Source: Bacteroidia bacterium | GTDB lineage: Bacteria > Bacteroidota > Bacteroidia > J057 | Assembly (NCBI GenBank): GCA_033764335.1 | Contig: JANRJC010000034.1 | Location: 20,899 to 84,898 of the forward strand | Length of the DNA: 64,000 nucleotides | Reading direction: 5' to 3' | Part shown: piece by piece, positions 45,814 through 53,050 of the stretch | Layout of the letters: every line of letters starts with the position of its first letter | Position numbering within the stretch: the stretch's first letter is position 1 | The notes under the pieces: model-generated | Seen by the model: the letters and a program-made list of their open reading frames with translations, nothing else | Databases searched by the model: none | What the model was told of the DNA's origin: nothing | Made by a program: the position numbers and the translations under genes

Positions 45814-48000
45814 ATGGCTGGTTTCCCTTATTACAAACAGTTGGATGTGATGGATTGCGGTCCTACTTGTATAAGGATGATCGCCAGGCATTACGGGCGC
45901 CATTATACACTAAAAACCCTCAGGGAAAAAAGTACGGTGGATCGGGAAGGCATTTCGCTACAAGGGATCGGTGAAATCGCCGAAGCCGTTGGTTTTCGGT
46001 CTTTGGGGGTAAAACTGGACTTTGATACTCTTGCAAAAGAAGCCCCCCTTCCAGCCGTTGCACACTGGAACCAGAACCATTTCGTCGTAGTCTATAAGAT
46101 AAAAAATGACAAGATTTACATAGCCGACCCCGCCTACGGTATGCTGGTCTATTCGAAGCAGGATTTTATTAAAAGTTGGGCATCGGACCGTCAAAATGGT
46201 GCCGAAAGCGGCATCTTGCTGCTTTTGGAACCCGGCCCCGATTTTTTGGAAAGAGAAGAAGAAAAACAGGATAAAAGCAGCTTCCGGTTTCTGTTCCGAT
46301 ACCTATCCCCATTCCGCAAATACCTCACACAGTTGTTTTTTGGCCTGATTCTCGGGAGTTTGTTTCAGTTGATATTTCCCTTTCTGACTCAGGCCGTAGT
46401 AGATTTTGGCGTAGGTACGCGAAATGTGGGATTTGTTTATTTGATCCTTATCGCTCAACTGGTGCTTTTTGCGAGCCAGATGGCGATGCAGTTTATTCAG
46501 GCATGGATACTTATTCACCTTAGTACACGCATAAATATTTCCATTCTTTCAGATTTCCTGATTAAGCTGATGAAACTGCCAGTGGGCTTTTTCGACAGTA
46601 AAAAAACTGGCGACCTGATGCAGCGAATTGGCGATCACCGGAGGATTGAACTATTTCTTACCGATGCGGTACTCAATAGCCTATTCTCACTATTTACCCT
46701 TGTGATTCTGGGGTTCGTTTTGGCTATTTACAGCCTGCCCGTATTTTTCATTTTCCTTACCGGAAGTACCTTATATGTAGGCTGGATTCTGCTTTTCCTG
46801 AAAAAAAGAGCACAACTGGATCACAAGAGTTTTGCCCAAATGGCAGCAGAACAGAGCAATATCATCCAGTTGATCACCGGAATGCAGGAAATCAAACTTA
46901 ACAATATCGAAAGATCAAGGCGGTGGGAATGGGAACGCATTCAGGCAAAGTTGTTTCGTATTAATCTCAAAAAACTGAGTCTCACCCAATACCAGCAAGG
47001 CGGTGCGCGGTTTTTTAACCAGATACAGAATATACTCATTATTTTCATTTCTGCCCAGGCTGTGATTGAAGGCGATATGACCATGGGCATGATGATGGCC
47101 ATCACCTATATCTCAGGGCAGTTGAACACCCCTATCGGACAGTTGATATCCTTTCTGCAACAGGCACAGGATGCCAAAATAAGCCTGGAACGTCTGGGGG
47201 AAATACATAACAGCCAGGACGAAGATGAAGAGGGAGGAATAGCAAATGATTTTTTCCCCTCTGACCGAAGTATCAGCATCCGCAACCTCGGTTTTCGTTA
47301 CGGGGGGACAGGAAGTGCAGAGGTATTGAGCAACCTCAGCCTGCATATTCCCAAAGGAAAAATTACGGCGATTGTCGGAGCGAGTGGCAGCGGAAAAACC
47401 ACCCTGATCAAACTCCTGCTTAAATTTTACCCGCCCCAGGAAGGACAGATTCAGATCGGTAATATTCGATTGGAAGATATACGCAGCCACAAATGGCGAA
47501 ACAGTTGTGGCGTAGTCATGCAAGACGGATTTATCTTTTCCGACAGCATCGCCAATAATATTGCCATGGAGGAAACCATAGATAAGTATCGCCTCCAGCA
47601 GGCTGTGGCTATTGCCAATATACGCCCGTTCATTGACGAATTACCACTGGGGTTTAATACCAAAATCGGGCAAGAAGGACTGGGACTGAGTGGGGGGCAG
47701 AAACAACGTATTCTGATCGCTCGTGCGGTTTACAAAAACCCCGACTATCTATTTTTTGACGAAGCCACCAGTGCCCTTGACGCCACCAACGAAAGACAGA
47801 TCATGGAAAATCTGGAAAATTTTTTTATAGGCAAAACCGTAATCATCGTTGCGCATCGCTTGAGCACTGTAAAAAATGCAGACCAGATCATCGTTTTGGA
47901 TAGGGGAAAAGTAGTAGAAACCGGGCATCATTCGACCTTGGTGGACCATCGTGGGCAATATTATTCACTGATCAAAAACCAGTTGGAACTGGGCAACTAA
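45814..48000 (+). CDS. Peptidase-C39-domain ABC transporter (double-glycine leader-cleaving bacteriocin/RiPP exporter)
   Basis: N-terminal C39 domain (QLDVMDCGPTCIRMIARHYG catalytic Cys; VAHWNQNHFVVVYKI His). Six-TM ABC membrane domain. NBD with Walker A GASGSGKTT, signature LSGGQKQR, Walker B LFFDEATSALD. Confidence 0.9.
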   Translation: MAGFPYYKQLDVMDCGPTCIRMIARHYGRHYTLKTLREKSTVDREGISLQGIGEIAEAVGFRSLGVKLDFDTLAKEAPLPAVAHWNQNHFVVVYKIKNDKIYIADPAYGMLVYSKQDFIKSWASDRQNGAESGILLLLEPGPDFLEREEEKQDKSSFRFLFRYLSPFRKYLTQLFFGLILGSLFQLIFPFLTQAVVDFGVGTRNVGFVYLILIAQLVLFASQMAMQFIQAWILIHLSTRINISILSDFLIKLMKLPVGFFDSKKTGDLMQRIGDHRRIELFLTDAVLNSLFSLFTLVILGFVLAIYSLPVFFIFLTGSTLYVGWILLFLKKRAQLDHKSFAQMAAEQSNIIQLITGMQEIKLNNIERSRRWEWERIQAKLFRINLKKLSLTQYQQGGARFFNQIQNILIIFISAQAVIEGDMTMGMMMAITYISGQLNTPIGQLISFLQQAQDAKISLERLGEIHNSQDEDEEGGIANDFFPSDRSISIRNLGFRYGGTGSAEVLSNLSLHIPKGKITAIVGASGSGKTTLIKLLLKFYPPQEGQIQIGNIRLEDIRSHKWRNSCGVVMQDGFIFSDSIANNIAMEETIDKYRLQQAVAIANIRPFIDELPLGFNTKIGQEGLGLSGGQKQRILIARAVYKNPDYLFFDEATSALDATNERQIMENLENFFIGKTVIIVAHRLSTVKNADQIIVLDRGKVVETGHHSTLVDHRGQYYSLIKNQLELGN

Positions 48001-49322
48001 TGACGGAGAACCTTTACCATAACGGACAGAAGCTTGAAGCACCTCAAATTGAGCTTTATAGTGAGGAAGTACAAGAAATAATGGGGACTATCCCTCCCTG
48101 GATAATTCGGCGAGGAATGGTAGTGATGTTAGTCCTGGTATTCGGATTGCTGGCGCTTTCAGCATTGGTTCATTATCCCGATATGATTTCTGCGAGGATC
48201 ACACTGACCACGACGTCTCCCCCCATAAGAATTTTCGCCCGTGCAAACGGGAAAATCACCCAATTGTTGGTTGAAAATCAGGCTATTGTGTCAGAAGGAA
48301 CTTATTTGGCGGTCATTGAAAACGCTGCGAATACCGCCTCCGTTTTTGCATTGGAAAAACTTTTAAACAAAGGCCTCGCTGATCATACAAAAATCACCGA
48401 GTGGCCTGCTTTTGACGATCTGGGAGAATTGCAAGGTGCGTATTCAGCTTTTATCCATGCGCGGGAAAATGGTCATTTTTATGCACAGAGCAGCACCTTT
48501 CGCGGCGCACAGCAGGTCTTATTGTCGGAGCAGGCAGAAGAATTACGGGCGATGAACCAAAACCTCGAAGAGCAACGCACTTTACTTCAGCGGGAAACTG
48601 CCATTGCAAAGGCGCAATTTAGAGCCTCGGAAACCCTATACGCCGAAGGCGCCATATCTAAAGTAGAACTCGAAACCAAAGAAGCTACCCTGCTTCAGAA
48701 AGAATTGGCGGCGAAACAGTTACATTCCTCTATTTTCCAAAACAATATACAGATCAGTGAATACCAAAAAAAAATACAGGAGATCCGGCAGGAAAATCTA
48801 CATTCCGGTTTTTCGTTTGATCTGAACATCAGCGATGCCTTTCAGCAGTTGAGTGCGGGGATTGAAAACTGGAAACAAAACTACCTGATTGTCGCCCCGC
48901 AGAAAGGACGTGTGGAATACCTCGATATCTGGGCCGAAAATCAGTATGTAAAAACAGGTGCAGAAGTAATCAGCATTGTACCCGATTCAGAGGAAGTTTT
49001 GGGCAAAGCAATTGTTTCTTCGCTCAACGCAGGTAAAATACAAACCGGACAAAAAGTAAATATTAAACTTGACAACTACGATTATCGGGAGTTTGGGATG
49101 CTTTCCGGTGAAATCAGGAACATTTCAAGCCTTGCAAAAGATGGACAATATATCCTCGATATTCAACTGAGTAACGGGCTTCTAACGACGTATAAAAAAA
49201 CCATCCGGTTTCAGTCAGAAATGTACGGCCAAGCGGAGGTCATTACCCAGGACATCAGTCTGCTGGACAGGATATTTTTCCAGTTTCGGGAGCTGCTGAC
49301 GCCAACAGTGGTTAATGGTTAA
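48000..49322 (+). CDS. HlyD-family membrane-fusion/secretion adaptor protein
   Basis: N-terminal TM helix (VVMLVLVFGLLALSALV), beta/lipoyl-like segments flanking a long coiled coil (LEEQRTLLQRETAIAKAQFRASETLY...), and a C-terminal beta-barrel domain. Its start overlaps the ABC stop (TAATG). Confidence 0.8.
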   Translation: MTENLYHNGQKLEAPQIELYSEEVQEIMGTIPPWIIRRGMVVMLVLVFGLLALSALVHYPDMISARITLTTTSPPIRIFARANGKITQLLVENQAIVSEGTYLAVIENAANTASVFALEKLLNKGLADHTKITEWPAFDDLGELQGAYSAFIHARENGHFYAQSSTFRGAQQVLLSEQAEELRAMNQNLEEQRTLLQRETAIAKAQFRASETLYAEGAISKVELETKEATLLQKELAAKQLHSSIFQNNIQISEYQKKIQEIRQENLHSGFSFDLNISDAFQQLSAGIENWKQNYLIVAPQKGRVEYLDIWAENQYVKTGAEVISIVPDSEEVLGKAIVSSLNAGKIQTGQKVNIKLDNYDYREFGMLSGEIRNISSLAKDGQYILDIQLSNGLLTTYKKTIRFQSEMYGQAEVITQDISLLDRIFFQFRELLTPTVVNG

Positions 49323-49418
49323 TTTGAGGTATAAACCCCCAACGAAACCCGCGAGTTCCTCTTTTAAAAAACCAGGATATCCTTTATTACAATTACAGAA
49401 AATTATATAGCCTGCCAA

Positions 49419-49751
49419 CTAGTCATCCAAAAATCCACTTACGGCCTGCTTTAGTTCAGATATTTTATAAGTGACGTAGTTCCACAAGTTTGCAGGACGA
49501 GCAGAATCATACTGATGTACCAGTGTATTCCGCCTGTTAATTGCCTGATCCTGACCAGGAAAATAAAACTGGAGTTTCAGTAATTGGTAGGCAGCTTCCC
49601 CTATTATTGCGAGTTCCCGCTCCACAGAAAGAATGGTTTTCAGATCATTACAAAATTCTTCTTCCGTATTGATCCCATCCAGATGAACCTTTTCGATGTC
49701 TTCGATACACTGAAGAATATCAAACAGATATTTTTTCTCTTTCCTGGTCAT
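49419..49751 (-). CDS. hepT: HepT-like (DUF86) toxin of a nucleotidyltransferase-type TA pair
   Basis: 110 aa with the R-x4-H-x-Y motif (RRNTLVHQYD). It overlaps the upstream antitoxin gene by 32 nt. Confidence 0.75.
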   Translation of the reverse strand: MTRKEKKYLFDILQCIEDIEKVHLDGINTEEEFCNDLKTILSVERELAIIGEAAYQLLKLQFYFPGQDQAINRRNTLVHQYDSARPANLWNYVTYKISELKQAVSGFLDD

Positions 49752-50052
49752 AGATTAATACCTTGGTTTCATCAACTTCAGCCTTGAAGTAGGGATTTCT
49801 AAGCCCTGGATACCACACCAAATCGACAGAGTGCCCCAGCAATTTCTCCGCCTCATCCTGAAAAGCAAAAAAATAGTCTATCGAATCTGCACCAGACAGA
49901 TTGGCGTGATTTAATTCATACAAAAAATCAATATCCGAATCGGGTCCAAATCTGGTAGTTAATGCAGAGCCAAACAGCCATAACTTGCTGAAGTGATACT
50001 TCAGGCAAAGATTTCTGATTGCGTCAATATATGGCTTTAATTCTGCGTTCAT
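49720..50052 (-). CDS. mntA: MntA-like minimal nucleotidyltransferase antitoxin
   Basis: G-S-x(n)-D-x-D nucleotidyltransferase motif (LWLFGSALTTRFGPDSDIDFLYE). 110 aa. Confidence 0.75.
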   Translation of the reverse strand: MNAELKPYIDAIRNLCLKYHFSKLWLFGSALTTRFGPDSDIDFLYELNHANLSGADSIDYFFAFQDEAEKLLGHSVDLVWYPGLRNPYFKAEVDETKVLIYDQEREKISV

Positions 50053-50090
50053 CTTCCTAAAGATACGAATTATTACCGAAATTGGTCACA

Positions 50091-50120
50091 GAAAAAGCCG
50101 TAAGCAATACGCCTACGGCT
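50091..50120 (-). terminator. Hairpin terminator downstream of tRNA-Pro
   Basis: Stem 50096-50105 / 50111-50120 (agccgtaagc / gcctacggct, one mismatch). On the minus strand it is followed by TTTT (the A-run at 50092-50095 on the + strand). It lies 15 nt after the tRNA 3' end. Confidence 0.6.
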
Positions 50121-50134
50121 CCGAATTTTTTTAG

Positions 50135-50209
50135 TCGGGATGGGCAGATTCGAACTGCCGGCCCCACGCCCCCCAGACGTGTACTCTAACCGGACTGAGC
50201 TACATCCCG
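50135..50209 (-). tRNA. tRNA-Pro (anticodon GGG)
   Basis: The reverse complement folds as a cloverleaf. Acceptor CGGGATG/CATCCCG; D arm GCTC-AGTCCGGTTA-GAGT; anticodon arm CACGT-CTGGGGG-GCGTG (anticodon GGG, G37); variable GGGCC; T arm GGCAG-TTCGAAT-CTGCC; discriminator A. CCA is not encoded. Confidence 0.9.
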
Positions 50210-50326
50210 AAACCGATTCGATTATTCATCAAATCGGGCCGTAAAGTTACAAATATCTTTTAAAATCAAAAAGATTATCTCGATTAAGGTGAAAGACCTT
50301 CATCTTTTTTTCCAGACACAATAATC

Positions 50327-51532
50327 ATGTCAGCTATCCCTCAAAATCAACGAGTATGTATGAATAGAATGTTTTTCATTTGTAATGAGAGTTATTTTTC
50401 AGAAGAAATGGAAAATCGGAAGGAAGTTCAATCACCGCAGACTCTGACCCCCGAACAGGACAGCCCTGCATATCTTAAATACCGGATGGAAATCAAAGAC
50501 CAGATGATCTATGATTTGAATCTGGCACTCAACGAATCGAATATTGTAGCAAAAACGGATATCCGAGGAGTTATCACCTACGTCAACAAGCAGTTTTGCG
50601 AAGTCAGCGGCTATTTAGAAGAAGAATTGATCGGTAAAACCCACCGTATCATCAACTCCGGTTACCACAGCAAAGAATTCTTTAAACAATTCTGGCAAAC
50701 GATTAAGAAAGGAGAAATCTGGAAAGGAGAAATCCGAAACAGAAAAAAAAACGGAGAATTCTACTGGACCGATACTACAATTGTGCCCATTACGGATCCG
50801 CAAGGGGCGATAAAAGAATACATTGCCATCCGTAAGGAAATAACGGAAAGAAAACTTGTCGAAATTGCATTGCAAAAACTGAACGAAACCCTTCAGAAGA
50901 AAATCGAAGACATGAATAGGTTTTCGTTTATCACTTCCCATAATCTTCGTGCACCTGTCGCTAATATTATCGGGCTGATGCAAATGATGAAAGAAGGACG
51001 GGTGAATGCAGAAGAAATTCCCTTGTGGACAGAAAACGTGCTGAAAGTGGGAGAAGAGTTAAACAGCATTGTGAATGATCTCAATCAAACCCTGTCGGTA
51101 TATTCAGAAGCCGACAATCCCATGACCTTTCACCAGAAAAAAATAAGAAAACCCCAAGATACCCAGATGGTATTCATGATTGATGACGATGCCGTCACCA
51201 ATTTAATCCATACCCGGATTGCAGCAAAAGAAACCCCCGATGTAAAGGTACGGTCATTCACAGATGCACGGAGCGCCTTAAAGGAAATCTCGGAAAAAAA
51301 TGAAAAACCTGACCTTATCTTGGTGGACATCAATATGCCGAAAATGAACGGTTGGGAATTTTTGGCTGCCCTTGAAGAGCTGCCTCGGAACCAAACTGAC
51401 GGAATTGATATTGTCGTACTTTCTTCTTCGATCTTTTCGGAAGATAAGATAAAAGCCAAGTCTTTTACTCTAGTCAGGGATTTTTATACGAAACCATTGA
51501 CAAAAGAATCGTACAGGGAGATTTTTTTTTAG
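50327..51532 (+). CDS. PAS + HisKA-like dimerisation/phosphoacceptor + REC protein lacking a visible HATPase_c domain
   Basis: PAS (TDIRGVITYVNKQFCEVSGYLEEELIGKTHRIINSG...GEFYWTDTTIVPI). H-box-like FITSHNLRAPVANIIGL. C-terminal REC (VFMIDDDAVTN...DLILVDINMPKMNGWEFL...VVLSSS). No N/G1/G2 boxes. The start is uncertain (internal ATG at 50408, MENRKEV, is also possible). Confidence 0.7.
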   Translation: MSAIPQNQRVCMNRMFFICNESYFSEEMENRKEVQSPQTLTPEQDSPAYLKYRMEIKDQMIYDLNLALNESNIVAKTDIRGVITYVNKQFCEVSGYLEEELIGKTHRIINSGYHSKEFFKQFWQTIKKGEIWKGEIRNRKKNGEFYWTDTTIVPITDPQGAIKEYIAIRKEITERKLVEIALQKLNETLQKKIEDMNRFSFITSHNLRAPVANIIGLMQMMKEGRVNAEEIPLWTENVLKVGEELNSIVNDLNQTLSVYSEADNPMTFHQKKIRKPQDTQMVFMIDDDAVTNLIHTRIAAKETPDVKVRSFTDARSALKEISEKNEKPDLILVDINMPKMNGWEFLAALEELPRNQTDGIDIVVLSSSIFSEDKIKAKSFTLVRDFYTKPLTKESYREIFF

Positions 51533-51574
51533 AAAGATACCACAAATCCCGCCCAGCTATATGGCTGGATGTAG

Positions 51575-51901
51575 TCAGAGAGAAGATTTCAGTTCCAACA
51601 AAAAAGACTTTAATCTCAGCAGCGTTTCACGCATTTGAATCTCCTGCTCAAGTAGGACGTTTTCATTTTTGAGGCGGTCTTTGGCGCCTTTGATCGTAAA
51701 CTTTCGGACCTTAAGGAGGTACTGAATTTTGCGCAGGGTTTCAATATCCTTGTCGGTATAGACGCGATTCCCCTTACGATTTTTTTTGGGGTTAATTTCG
51801 CGAAACTCCGTCTCCCAAAAACGAATCAGAGAGGTTGTCAGGTCAAGTTCCCTGGCAACCTCTCCGATGGTGTAATACTGTTTTTTTATAGGTTCCAGCA
51901 T
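51575..51901 (-). CDS. MerR-family transcriptional regulator
   Basis: YTIGEVARELDLTTSLIRFWETEF ... NRVYTDKDIETLRKIQYLL. Confidence 0.85.
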   Translation of the reverse strand: MLEPIKKQYYTIGEVARELDLTTSLIRFWETEFREINPKKNRKGNRVYTDKDIETLRKIQYLLKVRKFTIKGAKDRLKNENVLLEQEIQMRETLLRLKSFLLELKSSL

Positions 51902-51905
51902 TGGA

Positions 51906-52862
51906 TCAGTCCATAGACTCGGTATCCAGAGTGGCCTGTTCCCGCAGAGCTACATATTCTTCAGGAGTGAGGTCTCCGTAGAAATAATCAATCGGGTCAA
52001 TTTTATTGCCGTTTTTGGCGATTTCGTAGTGGAGGTGGGGGCCTTTGGAGAGGCCGGTATTACCGGTATAACCGATAACGTCTCCGCGTTTTACTTTAGC
52101 ACCCTGAGCCACCGCGATTTCCGACAAGTGCGCATATTTGGTTACATAACCATACCCACCGTGATCAATCTCGATTTGTTTTCCGTATCCGCCTCTGCTG
52201 GTGCCTGCGAGTTTGACGATGCCATCGGCACTGGCATGAACGGCTGTGCCCGTGTTTGCCTGCATATCAAGGCCGGTATGCATTTTACGGAAGCCATGAA
52301 TCGGGTGCATCCGCATACCAAAGCCGGAGATAATTCTTCCCGGAACCGGTTTGATTGCCGGTGTATGGCGGAGTTCATCTTCTTTTTCTGCCAGAAGACT
52401 AAACAGCACGTCGTAGCTTTTGTTTTGAATCTTCACTTTATTATTGAGAATATCCATTCTTTTTTCGGCTTCGCGCAGCGCGTCCGGTTGTTCCGATTTT
52501 TTGAAATTGGCTGCACCACCGATACCGCCATTCCAGTAACCGTCATCAATACGGTCGGAGTTGAGCAAACTGCGATAAAACTTATTGTCTTGTTCGTGAA
52601 GAGCGTCAACCTGACTTTCTAACGCGGCCAGTTGCCCGTCGAGGTCGGTGACTTTGCTTTGGAGCATGACATTCTGAGACTTCAAATATGCATGTTTGGG
52701 ATCGTCCAGAACGAAAAAATAGAGAGCAAGCCCCATGACCGCTAACAATCCGGAGACCGAAATGTAGGATAACACCTTGCGTCCCACGGACGCAATGGTT
52801 ATTCGCTCTGGCTCGAATGTGCAGGTCCCTTCATCATAATAATAACGTATTCTCTTTGCCAT
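51906..52862 (-). CDS. M23-family metallopeptidase (membrane-anchored, coiled-coil)
   Basis: N-terminal TM, coiled coil, then M23/LytM motifs HTGLDMQA (HxxxD) and GPHLHYEI (HxH). The ATG at 52862 (MAKRIRYYYD) is preferred. Confidence 0.85.
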   Translation of the reverse strand: MAKRIRYYYDEGTCTFEPERITIASVGRKVLSYISVSGLLAVMGLALYFFVLDDPKHAYLKSQNVMLQSKVTDLDGQLAALESQVDALHEQDNKFYRSLLNSDRIDDGYWNGGIGGAANFKKSEQPDALREAEKRMDILNNKVKIQNKSYDVLFSLLAEKEDELRHTPAIKPVPGRIISGFGMRMHPIHGFRKMHTGLDMQANTGTAVHASADGIVKLAGTSRGGYGKQIEIDHGGYGYVTKYAHLSEIAVAQGAKVKRGDVIGYTGNTGLSKGPHLHYEIAKNGNKIDPIDYFYGDLTPEEYVALREQATLDTESMD

Positions 52863-53050
52863 ATGAACAGGGGTTTGTTTTTTTACCTTATGGAATCCAA
52901 GAACAGGTTTTAAATGCAAAAATTACTTGTAAGGTTTTTACCGTTTGTTTAACGTTGTATTCTCACTGAACCAAAGGTAATAAAAATTTTGATAAACAAA
53001 ACAAACCATCTCGCAATTATTACACATCTGTTAAGGAGGACGGAAAAACA

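Noticed and set aside
43218-50209. Calling the RiPP + TA block a bona fide integrated mobile element
   Set aside because: I could not recognise an integrase, transposase, or direct repeat of the tRNA-Pro 3' end in the window. It is retained only as a low-confidence island hypothesis.
50210-50326. Possible Bacteroidota-type -7 box (gatatttg on the minus strand) upstream of tRNA-Pro
   Set aside because: It is only a 7/8 match to TAnnTTTG at an uncertain distance in AT-rich sequence, which is not strong enough to annotate as a promoter.
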